NCBI RefSeq assembly: GCF_004010195.1
Contig: NC_057719.1
Span: 71,340,831 to 71,404,830, forward strand
Source: Chiloscyllium plagiosum
Lineage: Eukaryota
Direction: 5' to 3'
Length of the DNA: 64,000 nucleotides
Part shown: piece after piece, positions 48,697 through 61,834 of the stretch
Position numbering within the stretch: position 1 is the stretch's first letter
Layout of the letters: every line of letters begins with the position of its first letter
Translations under genes and position numbers: made by a program
The notes under the pieces: generated by a model
Seen by the model: only the letters and a program-made list of their open reading frames with translations
The model's database searches: none
Told to the model about the DNA's origin: nothing

Positions 48697-49890
48697 GATA
48701 CTTACACTGCCAGATGTTCATTGGCAGCTGGGTAATCTTTACCACCTCCTTTATTTTCAAAAAAAATTAAGTTGAAAGAACTGATTTTAATTTGTGTGTG
48801 AGCTACTGTTATTAAAACCTTTGTAAAGTCCTTGTGATCAGTGCCCTGTACGGGAACTGATTGTTCCAATGTGCTACCTGTGCCAAAAGAGATGTACTGA
48901 AGTAACTCAATTTGAGATTCAATGTATAAACTTCACAAAGCTTCACCACATGGTTTATGTTATTTGAGCCTTTGGTTGGTGCATATAATTTTTCAATATT
49001 GGTGCAGTAATGACTGCTCTGGAATAAGTCCTCTCTGAGAAAGCCTTTTATAGGTATATTGAAGAACAGGAATGTGTGCAATAAAACGTTTCACCACAAA
49101 AATAGAATTCATTGTCACATGACCTTTTAAAGTGATGCTCTCCATGAAATCTATGATAACATCAGCTCATTTGTTCAAAAAAGCAGAATTGCTTCAGCGT
49201 TTTGGTCGTTCTAATGATGCTTATAGCATTCTAGTTCTTATCAGAATAAGCAAAAAGCTTGGTGTTTACAATGTATTGAAAGCTGAAGTTGCACTCAGCA
49301 GTGTTAAGTGGTAACTAATCTCTTTGTTGTTTTTACTCCAGTAATGTATCTGTACCCTGCTTAAGAAGTCACCTTTTAATGATTATTGAAGCTCGTCAGC
49401 ATTGCCAAGGTAATCAGTATCATTGAGTTTGAAGTGAAATCTCTTACAAAGTGTATACTGAGACCAGTTAAGATCATTGTTGTGTAAGGACAATCATTAA
49501 CACTCTGCAGTACAATCAGCAATGTCTGTTTCTTGCTTTTAGTTTTCTTTTGTTTCATTAAAGCAACAAATATTTGGGCTCAGAAATATAACACTTCTCC
49601 CATTTCAGTCCTCTTTGCCAAGATGAAGTAATTTAAGGTTGAGTATTTAATGGTTAGATTAAAGCAACAGTAAAGATCTCTGTACTCCATGCAATAGGAT
49701 GTGAGATGGTAAGTTTATTTTGTGACATTTAAACATGCTCAGACCTGCAGTGATCTCTAAATAGCAAACGCAGGAGACTTACATCTTTTTGGCCTTGCTG
49801 GACTGAAACCAAGTCCCAGATATAAAAGAAAAGTGCTGATTAATTTGCCTCTTGACACCAACCAGTTGGTCCAGAAAAGTGCGGTGCAAG

Positions 49891-49972
49891 GCCCCGGATC
49901 TGTGCTGAGATGGCTAATCTCTATTGGAATGGTAGAGGGAGTCAGATAGTTAGCCTAAGCATTCCTGAGCTG
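49891..49972 (+). mobile_element. LF-SINE-like fragment
   Basis: CCCCGGATCTGTGCTGAGATGGCTAATCTC...TTAGCCTAAGCATTCCTGAGCT resembles the LF-SINE body as recalled; not verified by search. Confidence 0.45.
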
Positions 49973-50187
49973 AAATGAATGAGGGTTTCAATCAATTCCT
50001 TGTGCTATAGTGCACACAGTAATTGTGCATTAAGTATTAGTAAATTTTGCATTGTTAATTTTTTCTAATAACCTCCCCCTCCTCTGCGAAACCATATCAA
50101 CAAAAGGAGCCTTCAGCTTCATACTCACAATAGGGGAGAGTTTTATCCTTTATTATGTACCAGGTGAAGTTATTTTCTCTCCAGAAC

Positions 50188-50303
50188 AACAAATGCTGGA
50201 GATCACAGTGGGTCAGGCAGCATCATCCATGGGGAGAGAGCAAGCTCGCTTTTTGAGTCCAGATGACTCTTCATCACAGTGTCTGCAGTAATTTGCTCCT
50301 ACA
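50188..50303. mobile_element. Penelope-like mini-element (family 4): inverted arm with decayed hammerhead plus tail
   Basis: Minus strand GTGATGAAGAGTCATCTGGACTCAAAAAGCG. Flanking repeats AAGTTATTTTCTCTCCAGAAC (50167-50187) / AAGTTATTTTTTTTCTCCAGAAC (50304-50326). Confidence 0.65.
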
Positions 50304-51917
50304 AAGTTATTTTTTTTCTCCAGAACTGCTGCACTATTCATGTACAACCACATATTAATGTAGATGCAAATGTATAATAACCCTCAGTTGTCAGCATATA
50401 GCAAATAAAACAATATTACCATTGCTTCAGTTCAATGGCACCAGTGCCTCGATCTTCCAAGGAGTGGAAATCAGTATAGGGCTGCTGCTCCACTCAATAT
50501 TTCGCTGACTTGACACTTCTTTTCGGGTCTTCCAAACCCTGCATTGCCAGAAATATGAGCACAGCATCCCTCAGGGAACTCCATCGAAGAGTTGAGGGAA
50601 GACAGATAAACTGAATTTTTACAGCATTAACGTGCTGTACTAAACTCACCCATCTAGTTTGAATGTTGGTTAATGAGTGAATGGATGAGTAAATAAATTA
50701 GTAGATGGATGACAGAAGTGGTTAGATAGGTAGGGTGTGTGATGTGGTAAATGGCTAAGTTGGTCAGTGGTAAGGTAGCAGCTAAGTGGATAAGTGTGTG
50801 CAGTAGTAGTTGGGTAATGTGATCAGCGAGTAGGGTGGTGAGTGGTTATCCTGGCAGGAAGGTGAGGTTTTAAGTAGAGCTTGGAGGTAGGTGGCATGTC
50901 AATTGAGTGATATGGTAGGTGGTGAGATGGTAGATAGGTGGGGTGGCAATTTATTTAGTTGCATCAGGGGTGTGGTCAGGTGAATGATGAGGATTAGTCT
51001 GTGGAGAGGGGTGGGGTCAGTATGAATGATTAATGTACCAATTCTGGAGTTACCCAGACACTGGACACGGATTTTTCTATCTAACATCTCCAGGTATATA
51101 CATCGGAACTGTCAGAAGTATTCTATCTTGGAGACTTTCATCATGAATTCCAAGGAGCAGGAGAATTGCCCATTAGATGTTGAAACTTCCCAGGGGGCTA
51201 TTTCTGTGGAAGTCAGAGAGGTGCAGGGTTCCAATGCACATCTTTGATTGTATGTCAAGTCTCTGACAACCTGAAGACCAGATATTTGTAAAAATTGTTT
51301 CTAAAATAAACAGTTTCATCATATTGTTTAGCTGAGGGGCTATTTTACTCTTGTTAGTTCCTAATATAATCTTTAACATTTACTGCTCAACATTCATGTA
51401 TGCTGAAATTATGTTCTTTATAATATTAAGTGGTGTTATTTTTATCTCACTCATAGGATGTGGACACCACTATCTATTCTAGCATTTACTGCCCATTCTT
51501 AGTTGTCCATGAGAAGCTGTTGGTGAACTGCTATAGTCCATGTGCTGTATGTTGACCTACAATGCTATTAGGAAGGGAATTCCATGATTTTGACCAATCA
51601 ACACTTAAGGAATAACAATATATTTCCAAGTCTGGATGGTGAGTGCCTTGGAGGGGAACTTGCAGGTTGCGGATGTTCCCATGTATTCACTGCCCTTGTC
51701 CTTCAAGGTGGAAGTGGTCATGAGTTTGGAAGGTGCTGTCTAAGGATCTTGGTCAATTTCTACAGTGCATCTGGTAGGTGATACAACTGCTGTTACTGAG
51801 TGCCAATGGTTGATGGAGTAGATGTTTTTGAATGTGGTGCCAATCAAGTAGGCTGCTATATCTTGCATGGTGCTAAACTTCTTGAATGTTGTTGGAGCTG
51901 CACCCACTCAGGCAAGC

Positions 51918-52707
51918 GCTGGGTGCTGCATTTTGAGAAAGCAAATCTTAGCAGGACTAATACACTTAATGGTAAGGTCCTAGGGAGTGTTGCTGCATAA
52001 AGAGACCTTGGAGTGCAGATTCATAGCTCCTTGAAAGTAGAGTCACAGGTAAACAGGATAATGAAGAAGGCGTTTGGTATGCTTTCCTTTATTGGTCAGA
52101 GTATTGAGTACAGGAGTTGGGAGGTCATGTAGCGGCTGTACAGGACATTGGTTAGGCCATTGTTGGAATATTGCATGCAATTCTGGTCTCCTTCCTATCG
52201 GAAAGATGTTGTGGAACTTGCAATGGTTCAGAAGTATTTACAAGGATGTTGCCAGGGTTCGAGGATTTGAGCTACAGGGAGAGGCTGAACAGGCTGGGGC
52301 TGTTTTCCCTGGAGTGCAAAGGCTGAGGGGTGACCTTATACAGGTTTATAAAACCATGAGGAGCATGGATAGGGTCAATAGACAAAGTCTTTTCCCCTGG
52401 GTGGGGGAGTCCATAACTAGAGGGCACAGGTTTAGGGAGAGAGGGGAAAGATATAAAAGAAACCTAAGGGGCAACTTTTTCATGCAGAGGGTGATACGTG
52501 TATGGAATGAGCTGCCAGAGGAAGTGGTGGAGGCTGATACAATTGCAACATTTAAAAGTCATCTGGATGGGTATATGAATAGGAAGGGTTTGGAGGGATA
52601 TGGGCCAAGTGCTGGCAAATGGGACTAGGTTAGGTTAGGATATCTGGTTTGCATGGATAAGTTGGACTGAAGGGTCTGTTTCCGTGCTGTACACCTCTAT
52701 GACTCTA
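51918..52707 (+). mobile_element. CR1 LINE 3' part nested in opposite orientation
   Basis: VLHFEKAN...LNGKVLGSV and RLRGDLIQVYKTMRSMDRVN...TRGHRF...RVWNELPEEVVEA. Tail CTCTATGACTCTA. Confidence 0.93.
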
Positions 52708-52990
52708 AGTGGGTATATTCCATCACACCTCTGACTTTTGCCATGTCAATGCTGGACAGGCTTTAGAGAGTCAGTCGGAAAGCTACCTAGCCTCTGATCT
52801 TGTAGCCACAGTATTTATATAGTTAGTCCAATTCAATTTCTGGTCGATGGCAACCCTGTAATGGTGATAGTGAGAGATTCAGTGATGGTAACATTCAGTG
52901 AATGTCAAGAGGGCAATAGTTAGATTCTCTCTTGTTGGAGATGTTCATTTTTTTGAATTTCTGTGGCACAAATGTTACTTGCCGTTTGTC

Positions 52991-53090
52991 CAAAAACAAA
53001 AACAGAAGTTGCTGGAAAAGCTCAGCAGGTCTGGCAGAATCAGTGAAGAGAAATCAGAGGGTACCTCAAAACACATTCTTTTGGTTTTTA
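52991..53090 (-). mobile_element. Penelope-like arm fragment (family 3)
   Basis: AGTTGCTGGAAAAGCTCAGCAGGTCTGGCAG...AGAGAAATCAGAG matches 44873-44925. Confidence 0.7.
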
Positions 53091-56000
53091 TCTGGATATT
53101 GTCGAGGTCTTGCCGCATTTGGACATGGACTGCTTCAGAATCAGAGGAGTTGTGAATAGTGCTGGACATTATGCAATCATCAGCAAACATCCCCACTCCT
53201 GGCCTAATGATGGAGGGAAGGTCATTGATGAAGCAGCTGGAGATGGTTGGCCCTGGGACACTACCCTTGCAGAGATGTCCTAGAGCTAAGATAACTGACC
53301 TCCAACAACCACAACCATCTTCCTCTGTGCCAGGTATGATTCCAACGGGAGGAGATATCCCCCCCTCCTCCCCAACCAATTCCCTTTGATTCCAGTTTTG
53401 CTAGTGCTCCTTGATGCCACTCTCAGTTAAATGATGTCAAGGTACTGATGTCAAGGGCTATCACTCTGACCTAACCTGGCAATTGCTATGCTTTAAAACT
53501 TTGCGATATTCTTTCTCATTGATGTTGACTGACTCATCCGTTTTGATCAATAAAGCTCCTGCAATTGCAATTATTGTTTAATCATGCATGTATGGAGTGT
53601 TGCTCCCAAATCATTCAGATTTGAGCAATGAATAAGTGATGTTCCTGCATACAAACACACACCATAATCAAAAAACTGAATATCAATGTCTTCTTTCTGA
53701 ACGCTATGAACATATACTGGAATTCCTATGGAATGGGAATTTGTGGTATCAAACCATTTTATAATTTAATATTAATTGACATATTGATAGCTTTGAAGAT
53801 GGCTGCAACTTTTATCTTATTGTGCATCAACAAAACAAGTTTAATGTTGCAGAATGACATAAACACAAACTGCTGTCATTTCTTTGGAAGTAATAGCAGC
53901 AGCTCATTCAAAATTGAGGTCGCATCATAGTTGAAGGCAGTCCAGTGAAATATAATACTTGTAAATCCGCTGATGCGAGTGTTGGTTGCAAAATGTATTT
54001 CCCATCTCGCTAAATATTTTTATAAATCTTGCCCCACAGCAACCTTTGTTGAAGCAATCAAACATACTGCATGATTAACCTTAGGTGACTATTATCAAGC
54101 GTATTCTTCCTCATTTGAAATTAAGCAGTCTGAGTAATGAGATTTTCTCCAGTAAGAAACAAATTGGCAGCATAGCATTTATACCCATATTGCTTTTACT
54201 CACAAAGTGAAATTGTCCTGTAATGATATTCAAAATCTCATGTGGAGAACCATATTGTCCCCAGTGGTTCCTTACTGCCAACTGAACTTGCATATAGCAG
54301 AAGAATGTTGAGGTATAGAGAGGAGGAGGGGATATTTTATTTTGGGGATTTTAGGATATTCAGCATTCATTTCAACTCACCCAAAATGAAAAAAAAAAGT
54401 TTACCTTAGGCTTTTTTGGCAAATTGCTGGCAATCAGATGGTGTTGCATAAGGGGAGGAGGAAAAAGCATATGTTTATTTTCATTAATTTTGCCTGAGAA
54501 CTCGGAGAGGTGCAGTAAATGTTGGAGAGAATCTCTTCCGTTTCCCTTCCTGGCTATCACACATAACACACACACGCACACAGTTACACTGAAATCACAC
54601 CCAACTGTGCTGCCAGCAGGAGTATTTGAATGGAATCAGTACAAAATAAAAGAAAAGTGTGTGTATATAATAAAATTGCTGTTTGTTTTTCTTCAGGCTA
54701 ACAGTAAACATTAAAATGATCTTGCAATGTTCAAACACCCACATTTGTTCTGGCTTTGGGCTGTTTATTTTTAATCAAGATTGATCATATTTTTGTGTTG
54801 ACACTCAAAAGTTTAAAACAGAAAACAGGCTTTCAACTTCCAAATTTAACAAGAAGCAGCCGTATGAATTCCTTTGTAGTATAAGCTGATGGAATGAACA
54901 AAGACGATGCTTTCATACTTAAAGGCACAATTTCAGTCTGCCCCTGAGTTTAATTTTGGCGTGAATTTGCAATTGGATTACAAGGATCTTATTTGAAAAT
55001 ACTCGGTCTCCATAACTGTGTCAGTGTAGTCTGAGAGATAATGGGTGCCACAGCTCTAGAGATTTCTGCTGCTTTTCATCAAATGTTTTTCCGCTTCGAA
55101 AGTGCTATTCACGGGAAGGTCGGATGAAAAAGGGAGGTAACTGCTGATCTGTATACTCTGAATAATGTGGTGAACTTCATCAGCAGTTTAGCTAGCATCA
55201 ATTTATATACCACCTTCATCTTAACACTGATTTTAAAAAGGGACTTTTCTGTTTTGTGGAAGGATGTCACATATATATGATGAAGTATCGTTAAAAACAA
55301 CCAACAAATCAGATTTCTAATGAGAAATCTAAAGTGGTTTAAAATAGTTTTATTGTAACTAGCAAAATCAAAAGGATAAAATATTGTGCTACAGTGATAT
55401 TGAGCCTACAGGGCTTTCCGGTTTACTTGTGGAGGTAAATATTATGTTTTGTAGGCTTGATATTTTTATAGCAATGCACACATCATAAAGCTGAAATGAT
55501 GTGGTCTTCGATTATTGAGAATTGTACAATGTAATGGATCCAGACTAATAGCTTGCGATGTTTCTTGAGTGTTACAGTCATTTCTTTAAACTGACAAGTA
55601 GCATTAACTGTCTTATCCATCAATAAAATAATTATTTAATAATCCATTGTAAACCTTGTGAAAATTCAGGACAGCAGAGCAGAAAGCGAGGTGAGAAGGA
55701 TTGTGGAATATCAATGAAAATTGTTTGCAAATTTTGACAGAAGTATACACTGATAACTTTGAAAAGATTTGAAAGAAAATCATTATTTTCAATCTCTTAA
55801 AAATCTCTAAAGTGTAAATATCCAAAGACTAGCCTTCATTATTTTAATTCATTAGTTTTGAGTAAATAATTATTTGCTCAGAATCAAACTTGAATTAAGA
55901 TGCCTCTTAATCAAGATAAGACTACTTTTAAACCAAGGAAAAACATGCCTTATGTTTATATAATAATAAATAAACCTAACATAAATACAAATAATTCTGT

Positions 56001-57419
56001 ATTTAATGAAAAACCCCTTTCCATCCTCGAGTAGTTAGGGTTTAAATGTCAGCTGTTGGTAACAATTCACATCATTTGGTAATATTTTCACTCTGTAGAT
56101 AATAAAACCATTTAAATTTGGTTATAATTGTAATTTCACAGTTACATTCTTACATGATATTTACAAATGATTTAGCATATCATATGATTAGATCAATTAA
56201 AATTTTAAAAATCCACTAATCTGCTCTCACAAAGAGATTTCAAAAGACATAGTTTCAAAATATCTCATATTTGGTACAAAAATGTCAAGTCTGATTTGAT
56301 TTTGGTTGGGATGGTGTTGTCTGATTTTTATCTGATCTAATTGTCTTTGAATATATTTGCATATTTCATAATGTGATCTAGTACAGCTAATTTAGCAACA
56401 TTGCGCAACTGAACAAATTGCAAATATCCAAGTATCTGAGTGAACAATGTGTGATGCAACATATTCTTCACAAAAACAGCATAGTGAATCACTTACATAC
56501 AACATTGATTCTGATGGGATCAGATTTTTAATACAGAATTTTAAATTATGCATTATCATTGTAATTTCAAAGTGATAAGCATGAACAGAGAAGACTCATT
56601 AGTGTTCACAATTATGGTTTGTAACCTGTTTCTCAAATTCTGCATGGCTACCATTTTGAAATTCTGCATGATAAATGCGGCATTTAATGAGATTTTTCCA
56701 ATCCAAAGTATGAGTTGATCCAGCTAATGAGATGACCAAGATGTTAACCTGAATTGGAATGTGTATAAATTTTCACCTTTCTGACCTACTATAAAAACCA
56801 AAGGTTTGAAAATATTTTCAAATCTGTTGATAGGTCCTATTCTGCAAATGTTAAGTGTTGCGCTCTTCTTAAAAATCAATTAATATTTTCACTCCCAACA
56901 CAGCACAGTTACAATCTGGTAGAATACTACCATGGTTTGAACATCACAAAGGTGCTGTAAATGCAGAGTTTTATTTCCTCGAGAATTGCTGGAATATATT
57001 ATAATTTGAATAGATCCAAATAATATTTAGTCAATCGATTCCTGGAGATATTCTGTTTCTTTATTATTGGTGTAGATGGATCAGGAATTGCAGGAAAATT
57101 TCTTTAATTTGAAAAGTTTAATATTTCCAAAGGTCCTGTGTAATAAACTGCAAATCCCTCCCCACAATCCTCAGAGATTATCAAGCCAAACTCCAGAATA
57201 TTTGTTAATTCTCAGAACTCAATTGCTCCAGCAAAATTGTAGCTTTGATCACCCATGTGATGTCCACAATAGCACAGGAATGATTGCATTCAGCTCAATA
57301 CTTGATGATTTCTTGTGCTAGTATCCATCTTAACCAGATCCAATTCCTCTTTGAAAGAATTACATGGTACTGAGTTGACTATTCCTCAATGGAGTTCATG
57401 TGGCATCTGGTGCCTGCAG

Positions 57420-57905
57420 GGATTGGGTGACTAAGAAGTTTCTCTGATCCATGGCACCATGGTACAGTAAGCCATTCAGGAGGGGGAAGAAAGAAGAAAT
57501 GTGGAGCTAGTAAGGAATATATACTGAGGGGAGTGAACATTCTGTCTGAAGCAAAGAGTCCAGACAGTAGCGTTCCTTCCCAGGTACCGGGTTTCAGGAT
57601 ACTTGCTCACGGCTGGAGAGGAACTTACTGGGGAAAGAGGAGGATTAGTTGTCATGATTCATGTAAGTACCAACACGCAGACTCGACAAAGAAGTAGGTT
57701 CAGCAGAATCAATATGAGAGGCTAGGTGCCATATTAAGAAGTGGAGCCTCAAAGGTCATAATCTGTGTACCATTACCTCAGCCATGTGTCCATTGGCGTA
57801 CTGCAAATTAGATTAAGAGATTATTGTATCACTCAAAAACTGGTGTGGGAGAAATGGGTTCTTGTTTTATGGGACTCTGGCAACAATATTCTGGAAACTG
57901 GGATC
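57420..57905 (+). pseudogene. CR1 ORF1 SGNH-esterase-like remnant
   Basis: SFPGTGFQDTCSRLERNL, VVMIHVSTN, YERLGAILRSGASKVII..LPQP, LKNWCGRNGF and WQQYSG, in order across frameshifts. Confidence 0.72.
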
Positions 57906-57929
57906 AGTAGCAGGCTTGAGTAACTGAAT

Positions 57930-59110
57930 AGTCATGAATTATTTCTTCAAATTCCCAACTGTTAGTCAGGTGAAGAATGCTCTGAACATATCCATGGTAG
58001 ACACATTGGAAGGAGTTTAGATTAGAGTGGTGCTGGAAAAGCACAGCAGGTCTGGCAGCATCTGAGGAGCAGGAAAATCAACGTTTCGGGCAAAAGCCCT
58101 TTATCAGGAATAGAGGCGGGACGCCTACAGGATGGAGAGATAAATGGACGGGGGGGCGGGGGGGGGGAGCTGGGGAGAAGGTAGCAAAGAGTACAATAGG
58201 GCTTTTGACTGAAACGTCGATTTTCCTGCTCCTCGGATGCTGCCTGACCTGCTGTGCTTTTCCAGCACCACTCTATTCTAAACTCTGGTTTCCAGCATCT
58301 GCAGTCCTCTCTTTTGCCTACATTGAAAGGTCTACTTGGTGCACCTGAAGAAATCATTACTGATGGTAGTGCATATGCAGAGCTACACCTCTGGATAATA
58401 ACCATCAGAGATCATAAGTAGAAAGCAAGAGAATGACATTTACATGCCACTACCTTTCCAACTTCTTTGTTGAGAAATGCACCCTGCAATCCAAACAATA
58501 AAGGATAAAGATGGTGCTTGACTGCAAGCAAGAATAGCCGTACGTCAACTTCATGTCGGACAAAATCCCAGAGCCACTCACTCCACAATGGCTTATCTGC
58601 AGAGGCACCCAAAATGTGTAGTGAGCTTAGTCTTAAGAAGTCACAACACTTAATGGAGGACTGTAGAGGAGGAACAGAACTATCTAAAACAATTGTAAAA
58701 TAAGCCAAATGTGTGCAAGAAACATGAAAAGGCACACCCAGATGACGACAGTGTGATGAAACATCAAAACAATGATCAATACATTAATAACCAAGAACAG
58801 CCAAGGGCAAAATCCATGCTTCCAGAAGGAAGATCTGGAAGTGTTATTAAACCACTAAAATTACATATGGACTCATAGACCTCTGTACTTGTGCATTTTT
58901 ACAATCCCTGTCTAATGAAATTTGCTATTCCCAATATTAGTGTGTATTCACTTGTAGCATATGAGTGCTATCTTTGAAAAGAAATGGGTATGCTGTGTTA
59001 CCATCTTTGGAATGATGTCCCTTTAAGTACGCAATGTGCAACATATCCAGATGTTACTACACAACCTCAGACCAGAGGGTGTATGCACTGTAGCAATTAA
59101 GGTACAGGGT
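57930..59110 (+). mobile_element. Gypsy-like LTR retrotransposon remnant (integrase fragment, 3' end, PPT, start of LTR), split by a PLE
   Basis: Removing the PLE and one TSD restores VMNYFFKFPTVSQV...TLKGLLGAPEEIITDG (rve-like). RSGSVIKP near 58830. Purine tract GAAAAGAAATGGG at 58976. Confidence 0.65.
58014..58319 (+). mobile_element. Palindromic Penelope-like mini-element (family 1)
   Basis: Arms 58013-58098 / 58199-58285. 34-nt tail. TSD ACATTGGAAGG (58003-58013) / ACATTGAAAGG (58320-58330). Minus-strand CTGATAAAGGGCTTTTGCCCGAAACGTT. Confidence 0.88.
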
Positions 59111-59125
59111 GTATGTAGAGTTTAA

Positions 59126-59809
59126 CATAGAACATAGAAGAATACAGCGCAGTACAGGCCCTTTGGCCCTCGATGTTGCGCCAATCCAAGCCCACCTAAC
59201 CTACACTAGCCCACTATCCTCCATATGCCTATCCATTGCCCGCTTAAATGCCCATAAAGACCTAATCATCTTGTACACCTCTATCAGGTCGCCCCTAAAC
59301 CTTCTTTTCTCCAATGAAAACAGCCCCAGGTGCCTCAGCCTTTCCTCATACGATCTTCCTACCATACCAGGCAACATCCTGGTAAACCTCCTCTGCACCC
59401 ATTCCAGTGCCTCCACATCCTTCCTATAGTATGGCGACCAAAACTGCACACAATACTCCAGATGCGGCTGCACCAGAGTCTTATACAACTGCAACATGAT
59501 CTCAGGACTCTGGAACTCAATTCCTCTACCAATAAAAGCCAGTAGTGGCATGTAAATGTCATTCTCTTGCTTTCTCTTCACCTGGGTGGCAACATTCAAA
59601 GATCTGTGTACATGGACGCCAAGATCCCTCTGCTCATCCACACTACCAAGTATCCGACCATTAGCCCAGTACCCCATCTTTTTGTTACTCTTACCAAAGT
59701 GAATCACCTCACACTTAGCTACATTGAACTCCATTTGCCACCTTTCTGCCCAGTTCTGCAGCTTATCTATATCCCGCTGTAACCTGACACATCCTTCCTC
59801 ACTGTCACA
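59126..59809 (-). mobile_element. CR1 LINE 3' part, same family as 406-2544, with internal deletion
   Basis: 211-aa ORF LQRDIDKLQNWAERWQMEFN...LYKTLVQPHLEYCVQFWSP. Tail CATAGAACATAGAA. Confidence 0.95.
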
Positions 59810-59814
59810 GTTTA

Positions 59815-60135
59815 GGGGTGACTCAATGGTTAGCACTGCTGCCTCACAGTGCTAGGGTCCTTGGCCTAAGGTGATTGTTCTTCCTGTGTCTGCATGGGTT
59901 TCCTCCGGGAGCTTTGGTTTTGTCCCACGGTCCAAAGATGCAAAGGTCAGGTGGCTTGACCATGCTAAAATTGTCCATTGTGGCCAGAGATATACAGTCT
60001 AGGTGGATTAATCATGGGTCAATGTAAGGGTACAGGGTTTAGAGATAGGGTACAGGGCCTGGGTGGGATGCTGTTTGGAGGGTCAGTTCAGACTCAATGG
60101 GCTGAATAGCCTTTTCTGGCACTGTCAAGATTATA
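59815..60135 (+). mobile_element. HE1/V-SINE-like SINE, older copy
   Basis: TGGTTAGCACTGCTGCCTCACAG...GTGTCTGCATGGGTTTCCTCCGG...GTCCAAAGATG, with a CR1-like tail ATGGGCTGAATAGCC. Confidence 0.85.
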
Positions 60136-60989
60136 TAGTTACACTGTACTGTGCGTATACATAAGTTCATATCTGTGTGTTAGATAGGTTTACCTGTAAA
60201 TAAACCCATCAGAAGTCTTCAAGTTAATGGAATGTTTGTACTTTTCTTGTGTTACATTTAGATAACATCGGAATTATATTACACTAACGGAGTAAAGTTA
60301 TTGTTTTCCTATCAATTATAAATCATAAGAATAAGGTTAGATTATATCTGCATTTGAAAAGCACCTCGTACAAAAGCTTTAGAAAATCTTTGATTGCTTT
60401 TCTGGAATGAGATCTAGTCAAGGACAGACAGCCACCAAAACTGTTCTTCCATTGCATTAAATGGGTTGGATTTTGCTGTGGAATTAAAACTAACAGCATC
60501 TTCACATCTAGATATGTAAGTACTTTCTGTTCCAATTGCTAAAAGTGCAAGTTTATAATGTCATTGCATAGGGAACCGGACAACTGGGAGCTGAAAGAAT
60601 TCGGCAGACTGATCCTTCAAAGATTGTGAACTTAACAATGCAATTGGGGAAAAAGGAATTAAGTAAGAGTGAGGAATTTCACACCACATCCATCAAAGTG
60701 ACTGTCACTTCCATGAAAGGAATAAAAATAATCAATACAGGGCAGAGCATGTCAACTCCAGCACGTGATGTCGTTTCCCATTTGTGAAAATCACCTCAGC
60801 ACTCTCCAAAAGGGGGCGATTATTTAACTTGCTGAAACAGCAAACTCTGAGTTTAATTATAAGGGAGAACAAGTCAGGGTTTAAGCATTTTGAAGACATT
60901 CTTCTGTGGATTTCTCAGTGCAAGCTTCGTATTTCAATACTAGAGAATTGGAGCTGCTTTTATGAGGAGTAGCAATGTAGGAAACTAAG

Positions 60990-61565
60990 AGCAGGACTAG
61001 AACCTTGAGAGATCAATGCTGATCATCTCCCTCAATGCCATATTCCTGCATTATCCCCTGATATATCCCTTGATATCATTCTTAACTAGTAATCTCTCAA
61101 TCTCCATCTTGAACTTCCTTAATTCTTTAGCTGTCTAAACTCTCTGAGGTAGAAAATTGAAAAGTGCAGAGATTCCTCCTCATCTCCCTTTATTTTGAGA
61201 CTGTGCCCCCAATTTTTTAGATCACTCCACCAGTGGCAGCTTCCTATCAGATTCTGCTTTGTTTATCCCTCTATGATCACCTCTCATCTTCGAAGTTCCA
61301 GACAATACAGGTCCAGTCACCTCAATCTCTCTTTATGGGTCAGCCCTTCATCCCAGGAATCAGCCTAGTAAATCTTCGCTGCACTCCTTCCTTGGTGAGT
61401 ATGTCCTTCCTTAAGCAGGGAGACCAGAGCTGCACACTGTACTCCAGGTGCAGCCTCACCAGTGTGGTATGTAATTGAAGCAAGATTTCTTTGCTCCTGT
61501 AATCAAATCTTCTTGCAATAAAGGATAACATGCCATTTACCTTTCAAATTGCTTGCTGCACCTGT
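60990..61565 (-). mobile_element. Degraded CR1 LINE 3' part
   Basis: MLSFIARRFDYRSKEILLQLHTTLVRLHLEYSVQLWSP...VQRRFTRLIPGMKG. Confidence 0.88.
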
Positions 61566-61834
61566 GGAGAAGGAGGGTTGTCAGATGTGGAAGAGACAGG
61601 TTCACTCCTCTCAAGTGACCAGTTTGGAAAACCTGTCCACACAGAGCTAACAGATATCACTACTTGCATGACTCACTAAGCACTAGGTACAGGTGAGAAA
61701 AAGGAAGAATCTGCTGAAAAAAATGCTGTCCTTGTCAGGTTCTAGAGCTCTTTCTGTGCTGAGTAACTGTTGAAAGTTTCCATGTCACAAGATATATGTT
61801 TATATTAATATTTTGATAAACATTGCAGGTTCTA

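Larger units (their letters stand above)
51447..53470 (-). mobile_element. CR1/L2-group LINE 3' half hosting two nested insertions
   Basis: GSVPGPTISSCFINDLPSIIRPGVGMFADDC...QMRQDLDNIQ, with the 3' tail at 51447. Confidence 0.88.
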
